A stretch of 64,000 nt of DNA from a virus: positions 1-64,000 of the IMG/VR virus record IMGVR_UViG_3300045902_000324, one strand, 5' to 3'. Shown here piece by piece: positions 18,236 through 27,737 of this stretch. Below the pieces are notes generated by a model. The model worked only from the letters and a program-made list of their open reading frames with translations. It had not been told where the DNA came from and did no database searches. Both the position numbers and the translations under genes were made by a program. Positions within the stretch are counted from its first letter, which is position 1, and the number at the start of each line of letters is the position of its first letter.

Positions 18236-19124
18236 GAAACGCACTCTCGCTCTCATTCAATCGCTAGACACCACCCTAGCTGCATTGGAAGCGCCCACAG
18301 TCGAGCGGCTTCAACGTATCTATTTGGCGGCTGGGCAACGGCTGGAAGAAGAACTGACCCGCTCTCGCAACCTATCTGCCACATTGTCCGAACTGGCGCT
18401 GTCAAATCGGCAACGGCAAGTCATCATTCTGGATCAGGTAAAGACGCTCCAAAACTTTTTGACGACACGCGACCGAGAAGCAATCGAGTCGTCATTGAAC
18501 CAAACCATTACAGCCGCTTACTCTAGTTCGGCAGAGTATGGAGTAGACATGCTGGGCGTTGCGGGGTTAAACGCTGTTGTAGCCGCGAGTGTTCCTGTAG
18601 AAGCGATCACTCTAGTTGCCCGCGACGCATCTGCTCGATTGTTCCGGCACACCGAAGATTTTGCCACAAACGCCGCAAATGCTGTGGGCGTAGGACTGGC
18701 TATGGGCAGCAGTATGCAAGGCATCGCCCGATCTATTCAAACTCTTGCAGGCAGCACCGCAGCCCAGGCTAGGGCGATCGCACAAACTGAGGTGATCAAC
18801 GCCAGTGTGGGCGCAGCGCTTGCAACATACGCCGCAGCAGACGTTGATATGTGGGCGCTCGTGGCGACGGCGGACACGAAAACCTGCAAATGGTGCCTGG
18901 GTCGCAACGGTCTGATCTATCGGCTAGGGGACAGTGCACCGCCACTCCATGTCGGTTGCCGATGTTTCACTTTACCCGTATTGGACATCGACGATGTGGC
19001 TTGGCTGCGTGACTTCCGAGAGGCGGCGATCGCCAAATCTTTGGTCAAGCCCACACTGGTGGCGACATACTGGGAGACGAAATCTGGAGCAGGATCACCT
19101 ACGCCCATCCACACCTGGGCATGA
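18228..19124 (+). CDS. MuF-like minor head protein
   Basis: AIAQTE, DTKTCKWC, PPLHVGCRC. Confidence 0.9.
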   Translation: MDRKRTLALIQSLDTTLAALEAPTVERLQRIYLAAGQRLEEELTRSRNLSATLSELALSNRQRQVIILDQVKTLQNFLTTRDREAIESSLNQTITAAYSSSAEYGVDMLGVAGLNAVVAASVPVEAITLVARDASARLFRHTEDFATNAANAVGVGLAMGSSMQGIARSIQTLAGSTAAQARAIAQTEVINASVGAALATYAAADVDMWALVATADTKTCKWCLGRNGLIYRLGDSAPPLHVGCRCFTLPVLDIDDVAWLRDFREAAIAKSLVKPTLVATYWETKSGAGSPTPIHTWA

Positions 19125-19150
19125 AAAAAGCCGCCCATGTGGACGGCGGG
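19124..19150 (-). terminator. Intrinsic terminator between the convergent MuF and HU genes
   Basis: AAAAAAGCCGCCCATGTGGACGGCGG. Confidence 0.55.
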
Positions 19151-19174
19151 AATCAACCAAATCGACTTGAAAAT

Positions 19175-19471
19175 CTAGGCGACCTCAGACGTTTCAGCTT
19201 CTACTGAACCGAGGACACCCTTCGCCTGCTTGAACACAAGATACTCTCTCGCAGAGATCTCAATTGTCTCGCCTGTGCGGATGTTCCGACCAATGCGAGG
19301 GGCTGAAACTTTCTTGGAAAACTTTCCGAACTTTGCCAGAGTTACGTCGCCATTGCGAGAAACTTCTTCGGTAACAACCATCGTAAAAGCATCCAGGAAA
19401 ACAGAAATATCTTTCCTTTTAGCACCGGGTGCTTTTTCTAGCATGGCTTCGATCACTTGTCCTCTGTTCAT
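19175..19471 (-). CDS. HU/IHF family DNA-binding protein
   Basis: VTLAKFGKF...PRIGRNIRTGETIEI. Confidence 0.92.
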   Translation of the reverse strand: MNRGQVIEAMLEKAPGAKRKDISVFLDAFTMVVTEEVSRNGDVTLAKFGKFSKKVSAPRIGRNIRTGETIEISAREYLVFKQAKGVLGSVEAETSEVA

Positions 19472-19527
19472 AATCGTTCTAAATCCTGTTAAAAGTGTCA
19501 ATCGAATACTACCACAGTTCAGCTATT

Positions 19528-19680
19528 TCAGTTGATTTCTAACGTGAAAACATCCATCCATTCGTCGGATACTCCCGCGTTCGTTTCACAGTGAGCCTTA
19601 GCTTCTGAAAAGCAAACTCCCGTTCTTAGAACCTGTGGAGCAGCATGGCACATGAACAATCGAACAATCTTATACGTCAT
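19528..19680 (-). CDS. 50-aa hypothetical protein
   Basis: Manual translation MTYKIVRLF...SEAKAHC...WMDVFTLEIN; ATGA overlap with the upstream ORF. Confidence 0.55.
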   Translation of the reverse strand: MTYKIVRLFMCHAAPQVLRTGVCFSEAKAHCETNAGVSDEWMDVFTLEIN

Positions 19681-19901
19681 ACAGAAGCCTCACGTTTTGA
19701 TTTCCAACTTGCAGCGATCGCCCTGCGCTGCTTTGCGAATTTCTTCTTCATCAGTTCATTTAAGGCGTCCTTCTCGGAGTTCAAACATGCCTGAGCCACA
19801 GCAATATGTCTCAGGTTGCCCGCTGCGAGAGCGAGGCAGTACGAATCAGTCAGGTCTGCGACAGATTTCTTTAGTTCGGAGATTTTAGCGTCGATGTCCA
19901 T
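19677..19901 (-). CDS. Hypothetical protein
   Basis: Start MDIDAKI; class I promoter 19931-19960. Confidence 0.6.
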   Translation of the reverse strand: MDIDAKISELKKSVADLTDSYCLALAAGNLRHIAVAQACLNSEKDALNELMKKKFAKQRRAIAASWKSKREASV

Positions 19902-20110
19902 AGGTGAAAAGGTTTTTGGTTTATAACCGTATCGTAATCTTTGACACTTCGGGTTGTCAATTAATTGGCAATGAGTATTTTGGCTTACAACTGTGGGCAA
20001 CCTTCAGCGCCTACCGAGTACGCTGCGGATCTTACAGGGCAGGATTCGGGCCGATGTGGAACCCCATATTGGAGCCGGGTCAGCCCTGTTGGGGACGCTA
20101 GGGATAAGAT

Positions 20111-20161
20111 TCGGGACTTACGGGGTAAAAGCCAGGACTTACCTGGAACCAGCATCTACCC
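20111..20161 (+). repeat. 51-bp dispersed repeat, copy 1
   Basis: 47/51 identical to 24497-24547. Confidence 0.9.
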
Positions 20162-20477
20162 ACGAAGTCCCGGTTTTTGCCCGAAAAACGGTGCTCTGAT
20201 GCCTCAAAAAAATACGGGAGGCTTGAATGAACGGTGGAATGCGGCTTCCAGCGATCGTACATGCCTCCCTCAGCCCGCTATCGAGTATCGCAGCCTTTCG
20301 ACAGTTTTATACTTCTACGAACTCTAGTCCCACACCCAAGGGTTCGTGCCCCATCCTTGATCCACTCCCCGGTCTGAAGAGACGAGGCTACCAAGCTTCC
20401 CAACTATCCTGGTGTCGTAAATCGAAAAATCGTGGTTCATGCGTGGGTACGGGTAAAGTGTTCTGCAATCAAAAGCC

Positions 20478-20717
20478 TTAGAAATCGCTAGGGCGTCCGT
20501 ATACCGTGTTTCCCCACTTCCCGTCTAAAACAACTTTACCGCTGCGGATCAACTGGTTGAGTGCATTATCCGTAGCACTGCGGGCGACTGAAACACTATC
20601 CATTCCGATAACCTGAGTGCGAACCTCGGAAAGAATCGATGTGTAGTCCTGCGGGCCTGATACGTCGATCAGGTCTAGGATTGCCTTTTGAACGGTCAGA
20701 GTTGGAGTTGGCGACAT
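20478..20717 (-). CDS. Small winged-helix-like protein
   Basis: AILDLI...ALNQLIRSGKV; class I promoter 20743-20772. Confidence 0.6.
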   Translation of the reverse strand: MSPTPTLTVQKAILDLIDVSGPQDYTSILSEVRTQVIGMDSVSVARSATDNALNQLIRSGKVVLDGKWGNTVYGRPSDF

Positions 20718-20832
20718 TTGGTTTGTTTGAGTTCGTTTCTATATCGTAGTCTTTTTGCTCTCTATGTGTCAATTGATAGCAGTAGGTTTGCAACGGCTGG
20801 GCAATATTGACTGACCCGTATCTGTTGGCAAT

Positions 20833-21576
20833 ATGTCCGATCCCCTTTTCAAGGTCGAAGTCCTCCAGCGCACCGAAAACCCACAGCAGCTTGTGTGGGC
20901 AGCGATGCACCAGGACTACTCAGAGCACTATGTTTATGACGAGGTTGGCTGGGATGGCGGCAATCCTGCACTGACTGAGGACTCGGCAGGAAAGTCTATA
21001 ATCACGCACCTCCTGGCCAGCGATCGCGGGCACTACGGGCCGCTGGAGCATCCACACATTACGCTGAACTGTGGCTATTTCCCACACTCTGTCATGCAGC
21101 AGATCAGGACACATCGTGTGGGGATTTCTTTCGATGTCCAGTCGGGGAGATATACGGGTCAGCGCATTCTAGACTTGGTGCAAGGTGAGCGGACGGTTGA
21201 AGAAGTCTTCTACATCCGTCCCCCAGGCACCTACACCGACCGCAGCGGAAAGAGTTATGAAGTCACACCGGGGCACCGGATTTCTATGCTCCAAAACTGT
21301 GTGACCACAGCGCACTGGTACGCAAACGACATCCGCCGTGGGCTATCCGAGGAGCACGCCCGGAGCACAATCGCATTTGATATCCGCCAGCACTGGGTTA
21401 TGACTGTCAATGCGCGATCGCTCATGCATCTTTTAGATCTGCGCTGGAAAGCAGATGCCCAACTCGAATGCCAATGGATGTGTGACCTAATAGCGCCACA
21501 CTTTCAAGCATGGATGCCAGATATCCACGACTGGTACATGACCAAACGAGCACACAAAGCGAGGCTTTCCCCATGA
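20833..21576 (+). CDS. thyX: FAD-dependent thymidylate synthase
   Basis: HYGPLEH, QIRTHR-x-SFDVQSGRY, LDLR...AQLE. Confidence 0.95.
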   Translation: MSDPLFKVEVLQRTENPQQLVWAAMHQDYSEHYVYDEVGWDGGNPALTEDSAGKSIITHLLASDRGHYGPLEHPHITLNCGYFPHSVMQQIRTHRVGISFDVQSGRYTGQRILDLVQGERTVEEVFYIRPPGTYTDRSGKSYEVTPGHRISMLQNCVTTAHWYANDIRRGLSEEHARSTIAFDIRQHWVMTVNARSLMHLLDLRWKADAQLECQWMCDLIAPHFQAWMPDIHDWYMTKRAHKARLSP

Positions 21577-21917
21577 CATATAGAGAGATCAAAGATCAAG
21601 CTCCACCCGTACTTAGTACATATCAGAGTGTTCATGACATTACAATCCTGGACATGCACCAGCGAAAGCAATTGGGTCTATCCCGCTACGGTGTTGCACT
21701 TCAGCCATTCAATGGGCGGTCGGCGCTAGTCGATGCATACCAGGAGCAGCTAGATCATGTGGTCTACCTGCGACAGGCTATTTACGAATTGGACATGCTG
21801 CTGCTGGCGATCGACCACGTTCTAGAGGACGGGTCACTGCCGGATACAGCATCAATCCGGGGCCTGCGAGAGCTGCGGGCACTTGTGGGCAATCCACAGG
21901 GTGGCGCACAATCGTAG
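21573..21917 (+). CDS. MazG-like all-alpha nucleotide pyrophosphohydrolase (putative)
   Basis: GLSRYG...DAYQEQLDHVVYL; ATGA overlap with thyX. Confidence 0.55.
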   Translation: MTYREIKDQAPPVLSTYQSVHDITILDMHQRKQLGLSRYGVALQPFNGRSALVDAYQEQLDHVVYLRQAIYELDMLLLAIDHVLEDGSLPDTASIRGLRELRALVGNPQGGAQS

Positions 21918-21954
21918 CAGTGCGGGCAATATCGACTACCACTAAAAACGAAAC

Positions 21955-22863
21955 ATGGAACCAACTCTCACGCAGATTCTAGATCTACTGCAATCCCTCA
22001 AACCCGGAGAACCCGTACCCTCAACGTTCACCAGCGGCAGCAGCGTGTTTACTGTCGATGGTGCAAAGCTGCGTGAGGCAATTAGCAGGGAAGTCTCATC
22101 TCGAAACGAAGAGGCCAAGAAGTGGCGGCAAACTGCCCAAGAGTCTCGCACCGCTCTGTCTGAGTATGAGGATCAAGTCAAGCGTCTAGCTGAGCTTGTC
22201 GAAGCTGGCGACGGCGACACCAAAGCAGCCCTAACAAAGGCGCTGGAGATCACCAGAAGTGCCCAGGATAAGGAAGCCAGGTTGACCAAATTGCAGACCG
22301 ACCTGGATGCGGTTGCGAACGCTAAAACGTTGCTGGAAGAAGAACTCGCCAAAACCAAAACGGCTGCGGAAAAGTACCAGGCGGATTACACGTCAGCTAC
22401 CACGGAGCTTTCCACACTGCGAGGCAAATCAGCAGAACTTCAGGAAGCTTCCATGCTAAACGAAGTCATAGCTAGGACGGGTGTCCGCCCAACCGTACTT
22501 AAGACCATTTGGCAAGACCTCAAAGCTAAGGCAGGTGATAGCAAAGCACTGCTGTCTGTGGAGCCTGTAACGGTGGGCGAGGGCGACGCGGCTAAGACGG
22601 AGCAGCGGCTTATGCTGGTGCTGGGCGAGGGCGACACCGCTAAGCGGGAGGCGATCGCTGACGTGGCAAAACGCGACTATGCAGACCTGGCAGACCTATT
22701 GTTCGCGCCGACCGAATCTGCCCCGTCTGCCACACCAAAAACTGGCCCGACACTTCCAGCAGGCGGCATTGCCCAGACGAAACCCGGAGATCCTATCGAC
22801 AACGCCCTGGATGCAGCATTGGGCAACTCGCTACGAATGGCTGGCATCAAAGCAAAGCAGTGA
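21955..22863 (+). CDS. Head scaffolding protein (putative)
   Basis: Long coiled coil, RNEEAKKWR, Pro/Gly-rich C-terminus; class II promoter 21924. Confidence 0.65.
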   Translation: MEPTLTQILDLLQSLKPGEPVPSTFTSGSSVFTVDGAKLREAISREVSSRNEEAKKWRQTAQESRTALSEYEDQVKRLAELVEAGDGDTKAALTKALEITRSAQDKEARLTKLQTDLDAVANAKTLLEEELAKTKTAAEKYQADYTSATTELSTLRGKSAELQEASMLNEVIARTGVRPTVLKTIWQDLKAKAGDSKALLSVEPVTVGEGDAAKTEQRLMLVLGEGDTAKREAIADVAKRDYADLADLLFAPTESAPSATPKTGPTLPAGGIAQTKPGDPIDNALDAALGNSLRMAGIKAKQ

Positions 22864-22938
22864 ACGGCAAAAGCCCCACCTTTCGGCAGGGCTTAGATCT
22901 CTATACCAGCATAATCGTATTCTAGCAAAATCGCCAGT

Positions 22939-23793
22939 TCAATCGGTACTGCGCCGTGCCTTCTTAACGAGATACATCCTTTTATCGGATTCATGTAGCG
23001 CTTCCTCGGCACTGGATGGCGGCACTTCAAAGGACACCCATCCAATCGAGTGTCCTACGGGCAGTTTCAGGTCAAACCCGGCAACCATTTCGTCCAGGTT
23101 GCGCTGGATTCTATCGATTGCCGCCTTCGCCTGCCGCTCAGTCGTGTTGCTGAGCAGTATTGCGAACGCATCACCTCCAATCCTCGCAACGGTGTCTGTA
23201 CGCCTCACGCACGCTACAGTCTGCCGCAGAAACTCGTCACCCATCGAATGTCCACAGTAGTCATTGATCAGCTTGAATCGATCAACGTCAATGTAGGCGA
23301 TCGTGAACGGCGACCCGTACATCATTGACTTATCTATCTCTGCATTCAACTGCTCCATAAAGTGCAGTCGGTTTAGCGCTCCCGTGAGCTGGTCAGTTCG
23401 AGCAAGTAATCTCTCTCTTTCATGCGCCTCCTTCAGGCTAGAAACCAGGCGCACTACGGAAAGCAAAATTATCAGTCTTGACACAACATTCCAGATAGGG
23501 ATGAGCGCACTGCCGTACTCTCGTGTCGTCAGATCGCATATTTTCCACAGGGTGAGAGACACAACTGTGGACACCACGCCGGACTTAAAACCTAGCCTAC
23601 TGGCAATTACAGCGATAGGGATGACGTAGAAAAATGCGATCACTATATTCTGATAGTCAACCGCGTAATCTACGGCGGCGATCGCCACAATAGTTATGTA
23701 TGCGGCGATCACAACTCTGCGTTTTGATTGCGTCTCCAACCAATAGATTGCGCGATCGCCATAGCCCGTGATGCTACATTGCGAGGTCTTCAC
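22939..23793 (-). CDS. Membrane-anchored GGDEF-domain protein with variant GGDAF A-site
   Basis: About 4 TM helices, TDQLTGALNR, IDVDRFKLINDYCGHSMGD, RRTD I-site, ARIGGDAF. Confidence 0.92.
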   Translation of the reverse strand: MKTSQCSITGYGDRAIYWLETQSKRRVVIAAYITIVAIAAVDYAVDYQNIVIAFFYVIPIAVIASRLGFKSGVVSTVVSLTLWKICDLTTREYGSALIPIWNVVSRLIILLSVVRLVSSLKEAHERERLLARTDQLTGALNRLHFMEQLNAEIDKSMMYGSPFTIAYIDVDRFKLINDYCGHSMGDEFLRQTVACVRRTDTVARIGGDAFAILLSNTTERQAKAAIDRIQRNLDEMVAGFDLKLPVGHSIGWVSFEVPPSSAEEALHESDKRMYLVKKARRSTD

Positions 23794-23849
23794 CGTTCCA
23801 TCTCCTATGGTGGAAACCGGACAGTGCCCACCTGTATAAGACTCGGTTC

Positions 23850-23980
23850 TTCCCGACGCTCCCCCGAAGCGGGTAGAGCGCGGGGCTGCTGCTGCCTTAG
23901 CTCATTTGTAGTTCAGATTGCGATCTCCCCTTCACAGCGATCGCATTTACAAAGCCCGGTGAAGGCGGGTTAGGGCATAC
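23850..23980. ncRNA. Candidate structured non-coding element upstream of the GGDEF gene
   Basis: Several nested helices identified by eye; no convincing ORF. Confidence 0.3.
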
Positions 23981-24085
23981 GCGCCTTTTAACAGTACGCT
24001 TTTAATCGTAGACTCCTGACTATCCAGAGTCAAGTAATCCAACCACTCAAACTGTGGCAAAATCAAGCTATCTACGCGAGGCATT

Positions 24086-24310
24086 ATGGCAACCTTCACA
24101 TATTTAGTGCGCGACCTAGACACTGCTAACCTACTCGCCCACCCGTTTATGCTTGCGGGCGCGAAAACTGTGGATACAGGGATCGAAAACGACAAGGGCT
24201 GGGTAAGAGCGGTGATGCCCAGATGTGGCAATACTGGCGACCTCCCAAAGGTTCTAAGGAATGAGCTGAAACGACGAGGAGCAACCCTAGTTGCTGCGGA
24301 TTACGGCTAG
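24086..24310 (+). CDS. Hypothetical protein
   Basis: GAGG RBS; followed by terminator 24338-24369. Confidence 0.55.
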   Translation: MATFTYLVRDLDTANLLAHPFMLAGAKTVDTGIENDKGWVRAVMPRCGNTGDLPKVLRNELKRRGATLVAADYG

Positions 24311-24337
24311 GGCACTGTCTACTGCAACAGATGACTT

Positions 24338-24369
24338 GAGCGCTACTTGACCCAGTAGCGCTCTTTTTT
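24338..24369 (+). terminator. Intrinsic terminator
   Basis: GAGCGCTAC-TTGACCCA-GTAGCGCTC followed by a T-tract. Confidence 0.75.
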
Positions 24370-24496
24370 AAGCATAAATACTTAAAATGCTGGTTCCATT
24401 ATCTACCCACAAGGTTCCGATTCTTACCCTGCGGGAGCCGCCGTATACACTATCGGGTCTGGAACCCGCAGGGCAAAAACGAGTTCCAACCGAAAA

Positions 24497-24547
24497 TCGG
24501 GACTCACGGGGTAAAAGTCGGGACTTAGCTGGAACCAGCATCTACCC
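24497..24547 (+). repeat. 51-bp dispersed repeat, copy 2, inside a motif-rich non-coding tract (24385-24720)
   Basis: Matches 20111-20161; repeated ATCTACCC, GGTTCC/GGAACC and GGGAC. Confidence 0.9.
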
Positions 24548-24792
24548 TTTGAGTTCCACCATCTACCCAAAAGGTTCCGTTTCGGGACTTGCTGTGTAGA
24601 TCTGGGAGCCGCAGTCTACACACGAAGCCCCAATTTTTACCCAATTTTTGGCTGTTTTTGGGGTCAGATTTTCTGGCTGGGCGGGGGGAGACGATGGAAT
24701 GCGGGTTTCAGCCGTTTCACACGCCCTCCCAGGAGACACACACGAAAAAGCCGCCGTCCGATACCTGGACGGCGGCTGCGTGTGGTGCGTGC

Positions 24793-25590
24793 TTATCGCT
24801 TGAGACTCGCCAGCTTTACGGGCAGCGTCTCAAGCAAGTGTGCGATTAGCGCGTTGTTGCAGGGTACGGGGTGCCCGCGCCGCTCCGACTCTATCTCTGC
24901 AAGCCTGTGGATCATGTCCACGACACGAGGGTTCGTGATTCTGAATCGAGCCAGCGTCTTGGTGGAGGTGGTTTCGACCGTCTTCACGGCAGTCTGGTTG
25001 AACAAGTCCAGCAAATCGAGCGAATCTTGCAACTCAGGACTAGGTTCTGGCTCCAACTCGTCTTCCACAACCGGATCAGTCCACGCTTCTAGTGCTGGTT
25101 GACCATCTGTATACCCTTCCAGTGCTGCGATACGTTGCTCCAGACGTGCGATCGCCTCCACAACCTGTGGAAACTCCTGTTGCGGTTCGTGCCAGCCAAG
25201 CGCCTGCTGGATAAACACGCGGGCACCAACGGATGCGAACAGACGGAACCACCGCTGCGCCTGTTCTGTACGATAGCGTCCTGCGTCGAATGCATAGTAT
25301 TCCAAGATGAGCATGACTGCCTTATCAGGAATGCCAGATCCGCAAAATGCACCCCCCTCAAACCCATGCTCTGCAAGAGTTTTAGACAGGCTCGACTCAC
25401 TTAGCGCAACACCCTGAATATGCCGAAGAACGGATGAAGGTTCGACCCCTGCCAGCCGAGCAGCACCGCGAATTGATGCATACGCAACGCCGTCATCTGA
25501 AATACGGAACTCCGAACGATACTGGTCGAACATGTTTGCTACATTGGAATCAATCACTGTGTTTTTCCTTGTGAAACTGCAAGCCTCCAT
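24793..25590 (-). CDS. Antirepressor-like DNA-binding protein
   Basis: AYASIRGAARLAGV, ILEYYAFDAG, GARVFIQQALGW; class I promoter 25608-25636. Confidence 0.6.
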   Translation of the reverse strand: MEACSFTRKNTVIDSNVANMFDQYRSEFRISDDGVAYASIRGAARLAGVEPSSVLRHIQGVALSESSLSKTLAEHGFEGGAFCGSGIPDKAVMLILEYYAFDAGRYRTEQAQRWFRLFASVGARVFIQQALGWHEPQQEFPQVVEAIARLEQRIAALEGYTDGQPALEAWTDPVVEDELEPEPSPELQDSLDLLDLFNQTAVKTVETTSTKTLARFRITNPRVVDMIHRLAEIESERRGHPVPCNNALIAHLLETLPVKLASLKR

Positions 25591-25827
25591 TTTTTGGAGG
25601 CGTTTTTATCGTAACCATTAGCCGTTACGTTGTCATCCATATCTGAGCCAGACCATCGAGTATGTGGACGGGTGCGATCGTCTCCACAGAAGGCTCTTGA
25701 TATCGTCCATATTCGCGGTGGGCAGTATCCACTACAGAATTTTTTACTTCAATCCGCCTCCTGTGGGGGGCACGGGGCGCACAGCCTGACACCAGTGGGT
25801 AGTTCAAACAACTCTCTGGTGATCCTC

Positions 25828-26469
25828 ATGGTCAAAAAAGTCACGTTTTTCACGCCGGAGCTGACGACTCCCCGATGGATGGGCGACCCCGGCGAACGCC
25901 GCACCCTTCTTCCAGGTGGCGGTCTTGTCAACGATCTTCAGTGGACAGCGGACATTTACAACCGCAAACCGATCGTATCTGGCACGCTGCTGGCCCGTCG
26001 AGCAGGCGCATACCTGTGGGAGAAGCCCGTCAACGCGCTAACCACAAATCTATCCGTCCCGTTCAAGGCGAACGCAGCGATCGCAGCTACCGTACTTTCC
26101 CTGCGCCACGTCTCAGGGTTCGCTGTGGGTGACGCAATCACGATTGCTCAGGGCGCAACTACGGAAACGAAGACGATTACCGCGATCAATCGTGAGCTAG
26201 GCACCATCACGGTAAACACTGGTCTGACCAATGCTTTCACTTCAGCCGGGGGCACTGCCACGGTGAGGCTGACTACGGCTGTGGCGCAGACCGAGTTCTA
26301 CCTACTGGCTTACGACATCGTAGACGCAGTTATCAACGCAGAGACTCCAGCGCTATACCGACCCGGCGCTCTTGTGCGAGAGAACTTCTTGCCCGCCTGG
26401 CCGTTCACTGGCGAATCTGCAATCCTCGCAAAAATCCGATCGCTGTACGAGTGCGTGACAGCAATTTAA
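25828..26469 (+). CDS. Head decoration / capsid-associated protein
   Basis: Directly upstream of the major capsid gene; start MVKKVTFF; IVSGTLL...ENFLP. Confidence 0.65.
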   Translation: MVKKVTFFTPELTTPRWMGDPGERRTLLPGGGLVNDLQWTADIYNRKPIVSGTLLARRAGAYLWEKPVNALTTNLSVPFKANAAIAATVLSLRHVSGFAVGDAITIAQGATTETKTITAINRELGTITVNTGLTNAFTSAGGTATVRLTTAVAQTEFYLLAYDIVDAVINAETPALYRPGALVRENFLPAWPFTGESAILAKIRSLYECVTAI

Positions 26470-26521
26470 CGGTTGCGTCCGTTTACTATCCACAGCACCT
26501 CTCCCACCATTGAGATAACCT

Positions 26522-27694
26522 ATGTCAAGCGCTGTCAGTTCTTTACTTGAAAACTTGCGGGCAAGAGACGCTTTCTATCGCGTCACCAACATGCCTGCTC
26601 TCCAGTTCGGTCGCCGGAACCGGACATTTCTCATGTCTCGCTTCTTGCCAGAGCGTCCTATTGAGGATCGCGTCATTCGTGAGGAGCGTCTGCAAATCCG
26701 ATCGATCATCGCCCGTGATGCACCCCGCAACGCCCCTGTTACTTTGCGCGGACAAGCGAAAGTTGGTCGCATGACGGCAGAAATGATTGACTCAAACACG
26801 GGGGCCGAGTTCAACGGCGAAATGTTTGAGGGTCTTCAGAAAATGCTGGGGCGCACTGACTCTATGGAGTCTGCTGCGCGATCGCTGCTCGACTTCACCG
26901 AAACGCAAGTGTCGGTGCCGCTGGCAACGCTGCGAGAGAAGTATCGCTGCGATGCCATTGTCAAAGCGCGTATCGTGCGTCGTGGTGACGGTGACTTCTA
27001 CGAAGTTGTGGACTACGACAACCCGGCAGGTACTCGCTTCTCGGTGCCATCTGGTACTGTGGCTGCGCCTGCGGGCTGGCATGACACTGGGTATGACCTA
27101 TACCAAGACATCGTAGGGCTGCGCGATCGCATCAAGGAGGATGAAGGACTGGAGATCTCCGCCATCATCACCACGCAGCGGATGCTGTCGCTCATGAACC
27201 GCAATGACTACACCCAGCTATACGGCGCGGGGGCGACGGTCGAAGCGGGCAAGATCACCAAGGTGGACGTGACGCGGCAAGGGCAGGCATTGTTTGGGGC
27301 GCTTGCATACCATGACTTGCCTGCTGTCCGTGGTGAAAATTTCTTCACCTATGACGGCCGGTACGATGTTGAGGTTCCGGGCGGCACGAGCAGCCTGGTC
27401 GCATCCACAGAGCGATTCATCCCCAACAACGTGTTCATCATGTTGTGTCAGACCGGACGAGACGCTGAGATCGACCTGGGCGATGATGTGGAACCGTTTC
27501 CACTATTCGACACGTTGGGGTACACGGGAATCGGCAAGGTGCTTGGCGAAAATCGTCCCGGTGTGAAAGTTCAGGACTTTCTGGAGGAGCGCCACCCGCC
27601 CCACATTGACTTTGAGGGGGTACAGTGCTGCCTGCCTGTGATCCTGGATGCTAAATACATCTACGTGATCACGATTCCTGATCCGACCCCCTAA
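26522..27694 (+). CDS. Major capsid protein
   Basis: 390 aa; position in the head module; ERFIP and LPVI motifs of gpE-like capsids. Confidence 0.8.
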   Translation: MSSAVSSLLENLRARDAFYRVTNMPALQFGRRNRTFLMSRFLPERPIEDRVIREERLQIRSIIARDAPRNAPVTLRGQAKVGRMTAEMIDSNTGAEFNGEMFEGLQKMLGRTDSMESAARSLLDFTETQVSVPLATLREKYRCDAIVKARIVRRGDGDFYEVVDYDNPAGTRFSVPSGTVAAPAGWHDTGYDLYQDIVGLRDRIKEDEGLEISAIITTQRMLSLMNRNDYTQLYGAGATVEAGKITKVDVTRQGQALFGALAYHDLPAVRGENFFTYDGRYDVEVPGGTSSLVASTERFIPNNVFIMLCQTGRDAEIDLGDDVEPFPLFDTLGYTGIGKVLGENRPGVKVQDFLEERHPPHIDFEGVQCCLPVILDAKYIYVITIPDPTP

Positions 27695-27737
27695 CGCCAA
27701 TTGGTGATTTCAAGATCGCGTCCTTATAGAGAGAAAC

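Noticed and set aside
20370-20450. Hammerhead ribozyme (CTGAAGA...CGAAA)
   Set aside because: Stems I and III cannot be formed convincingly
23882-23980. tmRNA, tRNA or c-di-GMP-I riboswitch
   Set aside because: It starts GGGGCTG but has no T-arm, CCA end or tag frame, and no GEMM consensus; kept only as an unassigned structured element
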